Origin: Candidatus Omnitrophota bacterium
Lineage (GTDB): Bacteria; Omnitrophota; Gorgyraeia; JABMRN01; RBG-13-46-9
DNA length: 64,000 nt
Reading direction: 5' to 3'
NCBI GenBank assembly: GCA_016782425.1
Contig: JADHYN010000006.1
Span: 2,190 to 66,189, forward strand
Shown: positions 54,051 through 63,490 of the stretch, one piece after another
How positions within the stretch are numbered: the first letter of the stretch is position 1
Layout: each line of letters begins with the position of its first letter
Notes under the pieces: generated by a model
What the model saw: the letters and a program-made list of their open reading frames with translations, nothing else
What the model was told of the DNA's origin: nothing
The model's database searches: none
Position numbers and translations under genes: made by a program

Positions 54051-54768
54051 AGTCCAGCTGCCGGTATTTGAGGGACCGCTCGATCTTTTGTTATATCTGA
54101 TAAAGAAAGACGAGATTAACATATCTGATATTCCGATCGCAAAGATTACGAACCAATACCTCGAATACCTGGAAGTGATGAAACTTTTGGATCTCGAAAT
54201 AGCCGGTGAATTTATTCTAATGGCAGCGACACTCATGCACATAAAAAGTAAAATGCTGCTTCCTCTTGAAGAGAAAGAAGAGGAAGCCGAAGAAGAGCTC
54301 GATCCGCGGGAGGAGCTTGTTAAGAAGCTCTTGGAATACAGAAAGTTCAAAGAGGCCGCCGATAGCCTTAAAGATATACAGGCTAGACAGCGGGATAGTT
54401 TCACAAGGTTGCCCGGCGGTGAAAAACCTCAATTAGAAGACGAAGATTCGTATTTTGAGACAAGCCTCTTTGATCTAATAACCGCGTTCAGCAAGGTTTT
54501 AAAAGAAATTCCGAAAGATGCCTTTCACAAGATTGTCGAAGACGAATTTACGGTAAGCGATAAAATACATGATATATTTCACTTGCTTGTCGATAAGCCG
54601 GTTATTTATTTTAGCGAGCTTTTTAAAAATGCGAGGGGTAAAGTCGAAATAGTAGCAATCTTTCTGGCCCTCTTGGAATTGGTGAAATTAAAAGAGGTAA
54701 TTGTTAAACAAAAGGATTCTTTCGGAGAAATAGAAGTGACGAGGAACCCCGAATGGCAAAAGAGATGA
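54040..54768 (+). CDS. scpA: Segregation and condensation protein A
   Basis: FEGPLDLLLYLIKKDEINISDIPIAKIT N-terminus. scpA-scpB pair. Confidence 0.85.
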   Translation: MTYKVQLPVFEGPLDLLLYLIKKDEINISDIPIAKITNQYLEYLEVMKLLDLEIAGEFILMAATLMHIKSKMLLPLEEKEEEAEEELDPREELVKKLLEYRKFKEAADSLKDIQARQRDSFTRLPGGEKPQLEDEDSYFETSLFDLITAFSKVLKEIPKDAFHKIVEDEFTVSDKIHDIFHLLVDKPVIYFSELFKNARGKVEIVAIFLALLELVKLKEVIVKQKDSFGEIEVTRNPEWQKR

Positions 54769-55367
54769 CAAAAAAGGTAATAGAGGCACTTCTTTTTGTT
54801 AGTGAAAAACCACTTACAATAGAGGATTTCAGGCAAGCCCTTGACGGGTTGGATGAGGAAGCAATAAAGCAAAACATAGAGAAACTGCGCGAAGAGTACG
54901 CTAAAGAACAGAGAAGCTTCAGCATAGCGGAACTGGCAGGCGGCTACCAGATAGTGACAAATCCGGAATTCGCCCCATGGATCGGCAAGCTCTTCAGGCG
55001 GGACGAGATAAAATTCTCGGGGCCCTCCCTTGAGACACTAGCTATCATAGCGTATAAGCAGCCGCTAACGCGAAGCGAAATAGAAAGAATAAGAGGAGTC
55101 AATGTGGAAGGCGTTCTCAAGACATTGCTGGACAAAAATTTAATAAAGATAAGAGGAAGAAAGGATGCCCCCGGAAGGCCTATCACGTACGGCACGACGG
55201 ATGAGTTCCTCCAGCGTTTTGGTCTCAAGGGATTGGAGCAACTGCCGAAGCTCCGTGATTTCACGGAACACGATTTGGATTTTGATAAGGAAAATGAAAA
55301 AGTAAAAATAAAGGTAGAACAATCAAAGGAGGTCGATGAAGATGCACCTGGACAACAGTCGGCGTAA
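54753..55367 (+). CDS. scpB: Segregation and condensation protein B
   Basis: IEALLFVSEKPLT and AYKQPLTRSEIERIRGV winged-helix repeats. Confidence 0.85.
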   Translation: MAKEMTKKVIEALLFVSEKPLTIEDFRQALDGLDEEAIKQNIEKLREEYAKEQRSFSIAELAGGYQIVTNPEFAPWIGKLFRRDEIKFSGPSLETLAIIAYKQPLTRSEIERIRGVNVEGVLKTLLDKNLIKIRGRKDAPGRPITYGTTDEFLQRFGLKGLEQLPKLRDFTEHDLDFDKENEKVKIKVEQSKEVDEDAPGQQSA

Positions 55368-56406
55368 GATAGACCGAATAGACAAAAAAATTGTGGATAT
55401 CTTAAACGAACGCGCCAAAGAGTCTCTTAAAATAAGAAGAATTAAGAAAAGATTGAAAAAGGGTATTTTCACCCCACGTAGGGAAAAAGACGTCTATAAA
55501 AAAGTGTTAAAGAGAAGCAAAGGACCGCTTTCCCCGGGATCGATCAAAGCCATTTACAGGGAAATTATGTCCGGATCACTTGCACTGGATAAGCCGCTAA
55601 ACGTAGCCTATCTCGGACCGGAGGCAACTTTTACCCACATAGCGGCACTTAGAAAATTCGGCGCGTCCGTAGATTATCTCGAATGTAAAAGCATAAGGGA
55701 GGTGTTCACCGAAGTTGAACGTGGCAGAGCCGACTACGGCGTAGTTCCCATCGAAAATTCCACCGAAGGCGCAGTAAACCACACGCTCGACATGTTCATA
55801 GATTCCGAACTTAAAATCTGTTCCGAAGAATATTTGCCTATAAAGCATAACATCTTGAGCAAGCACAAGCGAGTATCTTCGATAAAAAAAGTTTATTCTC
55901 ATCAACAGGTTTTCGCGCAGTGCCGCGTATGGCTTGAGAAAAATCTGCCAGGTGTTAAAATGGTTTCGTATGCCAGCACGAGCGAGGCAGCACACCATGC
56001 CACACTCGGCAAGGGTAGCGCTGCCATTGCAAGCGAATTGGCGGCAAAGGAATATGGCTTGAACATACTGGCTCGCTCTATCGAAGATTCGTCACATAAT
56101 ATTACACGCTTCTTAATCATGGGAACCCAGGAGGAAGAGCCTACAAAGGACGATAAAACATCTATAGTGTTCTCAATGAAAGATAGATCAGGTGCCTTAC
56201 ATGACGCGCTTACAGCTTTCAAGAAAAACAGGATAAATCTCACGAAGATAGAATCCAGGCCTTCGCGACTTAAGGCATGGGAATACTACTTCTTCGTGGA
56301 CATGGAAGGTCACCACAAGGATAAAAGGGTCGAAAAAGCCATCTCGGAACTCGGGAAGGGTTGCACATATCTTAAAGTGCTCGGCTCATATCCTATTGGA
56401 AAATAA
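55336..56406 (+). CDS. pheA: Bifunctional chorismate mutase / prephenate dehydratase (P-protein) with ACT domain
   Basis: N-terminal CM_2 helix (RRKIDRIDKKIVDILNERA), PDT core (VAYLGPEATFTH, ENSTEGAV), C-terminal ACT (TKIESRPS). Confidence 0.85.
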   Translation: MKMHLDNSRRKIDRIDKKIVDILNERAKESLKIRRIKKRLKKGIFTPRREKDVYKKVLKRSKGPLSPGSIKAIYREIMSGSLALDKPLNVAYLGPEATFTHIAALRKFGASVDYLECKSIREVFTEVERGRADYGVVPIENSTEGAVNHTLDMFIDSELKICSEEYLPIKHNILSKHKRVSSIKKVYSHQQVFAQCRVWLEKNLPGVKMVSYASTSEAAHHATLGKGSAAIASELAAKEYGLNILARSIEDSSHNITRFLIMGTQEEEPTKDDKTSIVFSMKDRSGALHDALTAFKKNRINLTKIESRPSRLKAWEYYFFVDMEGHHKDKRVEKAISELGKGCTYLKVLGSYPIGK

Positions 56407-56408
56407 AA

Positions 56409-57497
56409 ATGAAAAAAATAGCAAGAAACAACATATTTAAAATAAAGCCGTACATACCGGGAAAGCCCATAGAAGAATTGAAGAGGGAACTCGGTCTGAA
56501 AGAGGCGATTAAACTCGCTTCTAACGAGAATGCGTTTTCTCCTTCAAGGAAGGCAATCCGTGCGGCCCAGAAGGCCATTCGCACGGCTAACCGTTATCCC
56601 GACGGCGGTTGCTTTTATCTTAAAAAGGCGCTAGCGCGAAACCTCGGGGTGAAGCCGGAGAATGTCTTCGTTGGTAACGGTTCCGACGAGATTATAGTCC
56701 TCTCGCTTATCGCGTTCCTGAAAAAACGGGATGAGGTAATAATCGCCAAACCCACGTTTCTTATATACGAGATCGCCTCGAAGATTCATGGCGCAAAGAT
56801 AAAGTTCGCGCCGCTTAAGAATTTCAGATACGATGTGAAGGCCATCGCGGGTCTTATAACGGACAGGACAAAGTTGATTTTCATTGCTAATCCGGACAAT
56901 CCGACAGGTACCTATATTACAACCGACGAGGTTGACTTTCTCCTCCGACGAACACCAAGGAAGACCATATTGTTTTTCGACGAAGCGTATTTCGAATTCG
57001 CAAAAGATATAAAAAATTACCCCAGAACCATGAAGTTTCTTAAAGATAGAAACATTATAATAACGCGAAGCTTCTCAAAAATATATAGCCTTGCCGGTTT
57101 GAGGGTCGGCTACGGCATAGCCAAAAAAGGGATAATAGATTGCCTTAATCGCGCCAGGGAACCTTTCAACGTGAATTCCGTTGCCCAGGCAGCGGCACGA
57201 GCCGCCCTCGGCGATAAGAAACATGTTGAAAAGACCTTGAAGTTTGTAAAAAAGGGCAAGTCCTTTTTGTGCGGGGAGTTTGATTCTCTGGGTATAAAGT
57301 ATGTACCGAGTGTTACGAATTTTCTGCTTATCAATGTAGGTAAAGAGTCGAAAAAGATTTACAGGGAACTTTTGAAAAAAGGAGTTGTTGTAAGAGAGAT
57401 GAGCGCCTGGAAACTCGATAATTTCATACGGGTGACAATTGGCACCATGAGTGAGAATCGCAAGTTTATCAGGGCGCTAAAGGAGAGCTTGCAATGA
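56409..57497 (+). CDS. hisC: Histidinol-phosphate / aromatic aminotransferase (class II)
   Basis: LASNENAFSPS and RSFSKIYSLAGLRVGY (PLP Lys). Aromatic-pathway context. Confidence 0.85.
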   Translation: MKKIARNNIFKIKPYIPGKPIEELKRELGLKEAIKLASNENAFSPSRKAIRAAQKAIRTANRYPDGGCFYLKKALARNLGVKPENVFVGNGSDEIIVLSLIAFLKKRDEVIIAKPTFLIYEIASKIHGAKIKFAPLKNFRYDVKAIAGLITDRTKLIFIANPDNPTGTYITTDEVDFLLRRTPRKTILFFDEAYFEFAKDIKNYPRTMKFLKDRNIIITRSFSKIYSLAGLRVGYGIAKKGIIDCLNRAREPFNVNSVAQAAARAALGDKKHVEKTLKFVKKGKSFLCGEFDSLGIKYVPSVTNFLLINVGKESKKIYRELLKKGVVVREMSAWKLDNFIRVTIGTMSENRKFIRALKESLQ

Positions 57498-58510
57498 TTA
57501 TAGTATTAAGACCGGGTGCCACCGAAAAAGAGGTCAAACACATAGTAGACAAAGTGAAGAAACTCGGATTAAAGCCCTGGGTTTCCAAGGGCCAGGAGCG
57601 GACCATTATAGGAGTGATAGGCGCGGAAGACGTTATCCGCGTTGCGCCGCTGGAGGTCTTCCCCGGCGTCGAAAAGGTAATACCTATCCTGAAGCCGTAC
57701 AAGCTTGTTTCGCGGGATTTCAAAAAAGAAAACAGTGTCATAGATTTGGGTGGTGGCGTGAAAATAGGCGGCGAGGAAATTATAGTTATGGCTGGTCCGT
57801 GTTCGGTGGAAAAGAAAGACCTTCTTATAGATATAGCAAAAAGCGTAAAAGAGGCCGGTGCCAAAGTTTTACGCGGCGGTGCATTCAAACCCCGAACCAG
57901 CCCTTACAGTTTCCAGGGGCTGGGCGAAGAAGGGTTAAAATATTTAAAAAGAGCCAAAGACGAAACAGGGCTTTTAACAGTTACGGAACTGATGGACTTG
58001 CGCGATCTTGAACTCGTAGAGAGGTACGCGGATATTATACAGATAGGTGCAAGAAACATGCAGAATTTCGACCTCTTAAAAGAAGTAGGCCGCTCTAAGA
58101 AACCAGTGCTTCTTAAAAGGGGGATGTCAAATACGATAAAGGAATTTCTCATGTCGGCCGAATACTTACTCTCCGAAGGCAATTTCAACGTGATCCTGTG
58201 CGAGCGCGGCATCAGGACTTTTGAGGACGCGACGCGCTTTACGCTTGATATAAGCGCCGTGCCGCTTGTTAAAAATTTGAGCCATCTACCGTGCATTATC
58301 GACCCTTCACATGCAACGGGAAAATGGGGTTTGGTATCACCGTGCGCTAAAGCAGCGGTAGCAGCAGGATGCGACGGCCTTCTTATAGAGGTTCATCCCA
58401 ATCCTGAAGAAGCCATGTCTGACGGTGCGCAGTCCTTGTATCCGGAGAAGTTTGAAAAATTAATGGATGAGCTTAAAAAGGTTGCAGCGGCAGTGGGGCG
58501 GAGTATTTAG
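57494..58510 (+). CDS. aroF: 3-deoxy-7-phosphoheptulonate (DAHP) synthase, type I-beta with N-terminal ferredoxin-like regulatory domain
   Basis: An approximately 70-aa N-terminal domain, then AGPCSVE, LRGGAFKPRTSPYSFQG and DPSH motifs. Confidence 0.85.
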   Translation: MIIVLRPGATEKEVKHIVDKVKKLGLKPWVSKGQERTIIGVIGAEDVIRVAPLEVFPGVEKVIPILKPYKLVSRDFKKENSVIDLGGGVKIGGEEIIVMAGPCSVEKKDLLIDIAKSVKEAGAKVLRGGAFKPRTSPYSFQGLGEEGLKYLKRAKDETGLLTVTELMDLRDLELVERYADIIQIGARNMQNFDLLKEVGRSKKPVLLKRGMSNTIKEFLMSAEYLLSEGNFNVILCERGIRTFEDATRFTLDISAVPLVKNLSHLPCIIDPSHATGKWGLVSPCAKAAVAAGCDGLLIEVHPNPEEAMSDGAQSLYPEKFEKLMDELKKVAAAVGRSI

Positions 58511-58518
58511 TATGCACA

Positions 58519-58589
58519 GTTACGAAGGACGAGAGACGATAGACGAAGGACGAATCGTCCCTCGTCCCTCATCCATCGTCCCTCGTAAC
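58519..58589. repeat. GACGA/TCGTC-repeat hairpin element, short copy
   Basis: GTTACGAAGGACGA...GACGAAGGACGA-A-TCGTCCCTCGTC...TCGTCCCTCGTAAC. The inner (12-nt) and outer (14-nt) arms each have a single mismatch that is A-C on the + strand (G-U on the - strand). Confidence 0.75.
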
Positions 58590-58603
58590 GTAGAGTTTAA
58601 GAT

Positions 58604-59446
58604 ATGGCAATGTTTAACAAAATCACGATAGTTGGTGTCGGCCTTATCGGAGGCTCGATAGGTTTGGCAGTTAAGAAGAAAAAGCCTGCCTGCCGTGTTA
58701 TGGGAGTCTGTAGAAGGGAGCTTTCGCGCAGAAAAGCACTTAAATTTAAGGCAGTTAATAAAGCCACGCTTAATTTCGAGGAGGCCGTCTCCCGGGCGGA
58801 TCTGGTTATCATCGCATCTCCTGTAGGTAAGATAGAGGCACTTGCCGGGCGCGCAGTTAAATCTATGAAAAAGGGGGCGATTCTTACGGACGTAGGGAGT
58901 TCCAAAAAACAAATTGTGCGAAGAATCGAAGCTTTAGCATCTAAAAAGGTAAATTTTATAGGTTCCCACCCTATGGCAGGTTCCGATAAAAGCGGCGTGG
59001 AGAATGCCGACGGCACGATTTTTAAAGGTGCTTCGCTTATTCTTACTAAAACAAAAAAAACCGACATGAAATCCTTAACCCGTTTAAAGAGATTCTGGAG
59101 GAGTCTCGGTTGTAGAGTATTTGTTTTATCTCCAGAAAGGCACGATTCGTACGCATCTTTGGCAAGTTACCTACCCCATGCGGTCTCTTATGCACTTTCG
59201 GCTTCACAGACGAAAGATTCAATAAAACTTACAGCAGGCAGTCTTAGAGATACAACCAGGGTTTCTTCTTCTGATGCGGAACTCTGGAGCGATATATTCC
59301 TTAGTGCTAGAGGAGACGTTTTAAGGGCGATCAAAATTTTCTTAAAGAACCTGAAAATGATCGAAGGCGCTGTAAAGAAAAAAGACGGGAAAAAATTAAA
59401 GCAAATTCTGGGTAAAGCAAAGAAAATTCGCGATCAAATAGAATAG
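58604..59446 (+). CDS. tyrA: Prephenate dehydrogenase
   Basis: ITIVGVGLIGGSIG NAD motif and GSHPMAGS catalytic region. Confidence 0.8.
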   Translation: MAMFNKITIVGVGLIGGSIGLAVKKKKPACRVMGVCRRELSRRKALKFKAVNKATLNFEEAVSRADLVIIASPVGKIEALAGRAVKSMKKGAILTDVGSSKKQIVRRIEALASKKVNFIGSHPMAGSDKSGVENADGTIFKGASLILTKTKKTDMKSLTRLKRFWRSLGCRVFVLSPERHDSYASLASYLPHAVSYALSASQTKDSIKLTAGSLRDTTRVSSSDAELWSDIFLSARGDVLRAIKIFLKNLKMIEGAVKKKDGKKLKQILGKAKKIRDQIE

Positions 59447-60120
59447 TGAAAAAAGTTAGCCTAATAGCGATAGACGGTCCCGCAGGTAGCGGAAAAAGCA
59501 CTGTCGCAAGAGAAGTAGCAAAAAGACTGGGATTTTTATATATCGACACGGGCGCCATATACAGAGCACTCACGCTAAAGGCCATAAACGAAGGATTGGA
59601 TTTCGGCGACAAAGAAGCGCTCATCGCTCTTTCTCAAAGGACTGATATTGAACTAGAAGACTCAAGCGATTTTTTGAAGGTCTATCTGGACAAAAAAGAC
59701 GTAAGCGAAAAGATAAGGATGATGGAAGTTAGCCGAAAAGTAAAGATTGTCGCCGCGTTAAAAGGAGTACGGGATAATATGGTAAAACTCCAGCGCCGGC
59801 TCGGCAGAACATCTTCGGGCGCCGTCCTGGAGGGCCGCGACATCGGCACGGTTGTATTTCCGGACGCCGCGCACAAGTTTTATCTGGACGCAACCTTCGA
59901 AACGAGGGCAAAAAGACGTTTTGATGAATTAAAAAAGAAGGGTTTTGGGATTTCCCTGGAAGAGATAAAAAACGACGTAGAGACAAGGGATAAGACAGAT
60001 ATGACGCGAAAAGTCGCCCCGTTAAAAAAAGCCAAAGACGCGATAGCAATAGATACGACAAACATGACAGTCGAAGAAGTCACAAAAAAAGTGCTCTGGA
60101 TTGTCAAAAGCCAGCGATGA
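59446..60120 (+). CDS. cmk: Cytidylate kinase, GTG start overlapping the tyrA stop
   Basis: IAIDGPAGSGKSTVA P-loop and YIDTGAIYRA. Confidence 0.9.
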   Translation: MKKVSLIAIDGPAGSGKSTVAREVAKRLGFLYIDTGAIYRALTLKAINEGLDFGDKEALIALSQRTDIELEDSSDFLKVYLDKKDVSEKIRMMEVSRKVKIVAALKGVRDNMVKLQRRLGRTSSGAVLEGRDIGTVVFPDAAHKFYLDATFETRAKRRFDELKKKGFGISLEEIKNDVETRDKTDMTRKVAPLKKAKDAIAIDTTNMTVEEVTKKVLWIVKSQR

Positions 60121-60728
60121 TATATTTTATTTCCAGGATTCTTTTTAAGATCCTTTTAAAAACTGTTTTTAGATTTGAAATTAACGGCAGCGGAAATATA
60201 CCCAAAAAGGGTCCTTTTATAATGGTATCGAACCATGTGAGCTATGCCGACCCTGTCGTCATGGGCGTGGCGTGCAACACGGTTCCTATCAACTTTATGG
60301 CAAAAAGGGAGCTCTTTGACATACCTATTTTTAACCTGTGGTTCAAAGCTGTCGGCTGCATACCCATTGAACGCAATTCGGCTAGCTCCGCAGCTTTAAA
60401 AAAAGCGGTACAAAAATTGAAGCAAGGAATGGCTCTCGGAATATTTCCGGAAGGGCGCCGCTCCCCGGACGGAAAACTCCGGAAAGCGGAACCCGGAGTC
60501 GGATTGATTGTCGCGAAAACAGGGGTACCCATAATCCCTCTTTATATTTCAGGAACAGAGAAGGCGTTACCGATAGGCAAGAAAACCTTAATGCCGTGCA
60601 AGATTACAGCGAAGATCGGAAAAACAGTCGATATAAGCCAGAGTATGAAGCTCCTTGAGAAAAGAAAGATTTATGAATCCATAGGCGAGAAAATAATAGG
60701 CGCCATTTCGAGACTAAAAGATGAATGA
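60117..60728 (+). CDS. plsC: 1-acyl-sn-glycerol-3-phosphate acyltransferase
   Basis: NHVSYADP (HX4D) and FPEGRRS motifs. Confidence 0.85.
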   Translation: MIYFISRILFKILLKTVFRFEINGSGNIPKKGPFIMVSNHVSYADPVVMGVACNTVPINFMAKRELFDIPIFNLWFKAVGCIPIERNSASSAALKKAVQKLKQGMALGIFPEGRRSPDGKLRKAEPGVGLIVAKTGVPIIPLYISGTEKALPIGKKTLMPCKITAKIGKTVDISQSMKLLEKRKIYESIGEKIIGAISRLKDE

Positions 60729-60730
60729 AG

Positions 60731-60766
60731 CCATAACCTATACCTGCAGGCAGGTATAGGTTATGG
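60731..60766. repeat. 17-bp perfect hairpin CCATAACCTATACCTGC-AG-GCAGGTATAGGTTATGG, 2 nt after the plsC stop
   Basis: Perfect inverted repeat. The centre CCTGCAGGCAGG resembles the 53011 palindrome. No T-tract follows. Confidence 0.75.
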
Positions 60767-60776
60767 GGCTGAATTC

Positions 60777-60882
60777 ACCCCCCACCCAGCACAAATTGGG
60801 TGGTATGCAGATGTTAGCTAATGAATTTTATAAATGCAAATTTTAAGCACAAAATGGATTGGATAAATGCTGGGTGGGGGGT
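60777..60882. repeat. 15-bp perfect inverted repeat ACCCCCCACCCAGCA / TGCTGGGTGGGGGGT bracketing 76 nt of AT-rich cargo
   Basis: The arms are at 60777..60791 and 60868..60882. The terminal motif is related to 35839..35997. AATTC is present on both flanks. Confidence 0.75.
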
Positions 60883-60968
60883 CCAATTCGACCCCATGGA
60901 CGAGAATAGCAAGAAATATGAATTTGCGAATTTTTTTAATTTTCGTAAATTCAAATCTCATTGGAAAG

Positions 60969-61829
60969 ATGCGTAAGACAAAGATAATCGTTTCTTCCCG
61001 ATCGGGTTTCTGTTTTGGTGTCCAAAGGGCGCTTAACATTGCCAAAGGCGCGCTCAAGAAAGGAAAAACAGTTTATTCGCTGGGCCCTATTATACACAAC
61101 CCGCAGGTTGTGAGAGACTTTTCTAAAAAAGGGCTGAAAGTTATAAGCGATATAAGGAAGGTCAATTCAAAAGGTGTGGCGGTCCTTATTCCGTCTCACG
61201 GCATAAGCCCGGACGTATTGAGGAAAAAAAGGATTGCGTGTATCGATACGACATGTCCGCTCGTGGGCAGGGTGCAAAAAATAGTACAGGACTTTAAAAG
61301 AAAAGGATACTTTGTCATCATAGCCGGCGACAGAAAACACCCTGAGGTCAAGGGATTAGTGGGCATGGCCGGAAAAAATTCGCATGTTGTAAAAAACAAA
61401 AAGCAGGCAAGGGCACTGGGTCTAAAATCGAAAAAAGTAGCCCTGATATCGCAGACCACTGCGTCTATTTCAAATTTTAAGGATGTTTTATCAGAAATTG
61501 CGAAGAAGGATTTTACGGAACTGGTGAGTTTTAATACTGTATGCAAGGATACGATACAAAGACAAAAAGAAGCCTCTTCCATAGCCAAGAGGGTCGATAC
61601 AATGTTTGTAATCGGCGGAAAAAATAGCGCCAACACATCAAGGCTTGCAAAAGCCTGTAAAAAAGTAAACGATAATACGTACCATATCGAGTCAGGGGAG
61701 AATTTAAAAATGGATTATTTACGAAATAAAAAGACTATAGGAATAGCAACAGGGGCATCAACGCCCCCACGCGCTATAAACGAAATAATAAAGAGAATAA
61801 GGAGGTTCGATGCAAATGGTGGAAAATGA
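60969..61829 (+). CDS. ispH: 4-hydroxy-3-methylbut-2-enyl diphosphate reductase
   Basis: GFCFGVQRAL, TTCPLV and GGKNSANTSRL motifs. ATG 60969 chosen, because ORF-track start 60867 lies inside the inverted repeat. Confidence 0.9.
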   Translation: MRKTKIIVSSRSGFCFGVQRALNIAKGALKKGKTVYSLGPIIHNPQVVRDFSKKGLKVISDIRKVNSKGVAVLIPSHGISPDVLRKKRIACIDTTCPLVGRVQKIVQDFKRKGYFVIIAGDRKHPEVKGLVGMAGKNSHVVKNKKQARALGLKSKKVALISQTTASISNFKDVLSEIAKKDFTELVSFNTVCKDTIQRQKEASSIAKRVDTMFVIGGKNSANTSRLAKACKKVNDNTYHIESGENLKMDYLRNKKTIGIATGASTPPRAINEIIKRIRRFDANGGK

Positions 61830-63384
61830 AATCAACGAAAAACGAAAGTCGGAAAAGGAAGAATTGCTCTACGAAAAATCGATTATCCGTCTGGAAGAAG
61901 GGCAGATAGTAAAGGGTAAGATTGTTGCCGTTACGCCCAAAGAGGTAATTGTGGACATAGGTTATAAGTCCGAAGGCATTATCCCGAAAAGCGAATTTAA
62001 TTCTGCCGAGATTCTGAAGGTTGGTGACGAGATAGACGTACTGCTTGAGGCCAAGGAGAACGAGGAGGGAAGGGTTGTGCTTTCCAAAGAGAAGGTAGAG
62101 CGCGCCCGCGGTTGGGATAGAATCATAAAAGAATTCAAGGAAGGCGATGTCATAGAAGGGAAAATCACAAAGAAAATCAAAGGTGGTTTCATGGTTGACG
62201 TCGGTGCGGAAGCATTCCTGCCCGCAAGCCAGGCCGTACTGCGGGAATCAGAAGGCACAGGACAGACCTTGGAATTCAAAATATTGAAGATCAACAGAAT
62301 ACGCAAAAACGTAGTTCTCTCAAGGAAAAGCGCTCTTTATCACAAGAAAGAAGCGGAAAGAAAGAAAGTCATTGCTTCTCTTGAGAAGGGTATGATTGTC
62401 AAGGGCCTAGTTAAGAACATTACGGATTTCGGCGCTTTTATCGACATTGGAGGCGGCATGATAGGGCTTCTTCACATCGCGGACATGAGCTGGGGCAGGG
62501 TTAATCATCCGAGCGAAATTGTCGCTATCGGTGACGAAGTAGAAGTGATGGTCCTGGATTTCAAGAAGGATGAGATGAGGGTTTCTCTGGGAATCAGGCA
62601 GAGGACAAAGGATCCATGGGAGGATATTGAGACGAAATACCCCAAGGCGACGAGAGTTACGGGAAAAGTCGTAAATCTGGCGCCCTACGGCGCGTTCATA
62701 GAACTGGAAAAGGGGATCGAGGGGCTCGCCCATATTTCCGAACTTTCCTGGACAAAGAGGTACAGCTCTCCAGGCGAGCTTCTTGCCATTGGCGATAGAG
62801 TAGAGGTCATGGTTTTGGACATAGACAGGGCTAGCAGGAAGATTTCCCTCGGAATAAAACAGCTCGAGCAGGATCCGTGGCAGGGTATAGAAGACAGATA
62901 CGAAGTCAGCCAAAACGTGAAAGGCAAGGTAAGGCATATAACCGATTACGGCATCTTCATTGAGCTAGAAGAAGGGATAGACGGGCTTGTACACGTCTCC
63001 GATCTTTCGTGGACAAAAAAGATAGCCCACCCAAGGGACGTCATGAAAAAAGGAGATAAAGTAGAAGCGATAATCCTTTCGGTTGACGGGTTGAACAGGA
63101 GAATAGCTCTGGGCATAAAGCAACTTACGCCCGACCCGTGGGATGACATACAGACTCGATATACTCCGGGTACCGTGTTAAAAGGTAGCGTCGCAAAGAT
63201 AACAAACTTCGGAATGTTCGTGGAACTGGAGAAAGACCTGGAGGGTTTGCTCCACATATCGGAAGTAGAGATTGCGGAAAGCCAGAGACTGGAAGACAAG
63301 TTTAAAGTCGGCGACAAAATAGACGTGAAGGTATTGCGCGTTGACGGCGTGCAGAAAAAGATCGCCCTGAGCATGAAGACGTAA
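61810..63384 (+). CDS. rpsA: 30S ribosomal protein S1 (six S1 domains)
   Basis: Repeated G.V...T.FGAF(I/V)(E/D)L..G.EGL.HIS motifs. ispH-rpsA synteny. Confidence 0.9.
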   Translation: MQMVENEINEKRKSEKEELLYEKSIIRLEEGQIVKGKIVAVTPKEVIVDIGYKSEGIIPKSEFNSAEILKVGDEIDVLLEAKENEEGRVVLSKEKVERARGWDRIIKEFKEGDVIEGKITKKIKGGFMVDVGAEAFLPASQAVLRESEGTGQTLEFKILKINRIRKNVVLSRKSALYHKKEAERKKVIASLEKGMIVKGLVKNITDFGAFIDIGGGMIGLLHIADMSWGRVNHPSEIVAIGDEVEVMVLDFKKDEMRVSLGIRQRTKDPWEDIETKYPKATRVTGKVVNLAPYGAFIELEKGIEGLAHISELSWTKRYSSPGELLAIGDRVEVMVLDIDRASRKISLGIKQLEQDPWQGIEDRYEVSQNVKGKVRHITDYGIFIELEEGIDGLVHVSDLSWTKKIAHPRDVMKKGDKVEAIILSVDGLNRRIALGIKQLTPDPWDDIQTRYTPGTVLKGSVAKITNFGMFVELEKDLEGLLHISEVEIAESQRLEDKFKVGDKIDVKVLRVDGVQKKIALSMKT

Positions 63385-63389
63385 GTAGA

Positions 63390-63409
63390 CCCCACACTTC
63401 CGTGTGGGG
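63390..63409. repeat. Short-loop member of the ACCCCACAC family: CCCCACAC-TTCC-GTGTGGGG
   Basis: Perfect 8-bp stem, 5 nt after the rpsA stop. Same terminal sequence as the arms at 35839/35978. Confidence 0.7.
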
Positions 63410-63416
63410 AATGCAC

Positions 63417-63447
63417 GCCCCGTTAGATGTGACACATCTAACGGGGC
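63417..63447. repeat. CCCCGTTAGA-family hairpin GCCCCGTTAGATGTG-A-CACATCTAACGGGGC
   Basis: 15-nt perfectly complementary arms. Confidence 0.8.
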
Positions 63448-63457
63448 ACGAAGGATA

Positions 63458-63480
63458 CCACAGGTGGAAGCCTCCTGTGG
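63458..63480 (+). promoter_or_regulatory. Hairpin CCACAGG-TGGAAGCCT-CCTGTGG abutting the tyrS RBS
   Basis: 7-bp stem. The 3' arm overlaps the GGAGG at 63479..63483, 8 nt before the ATG at 63491. Confidence 0.45.
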
Positions 63481-63490
63481 AGGTGGGAAA

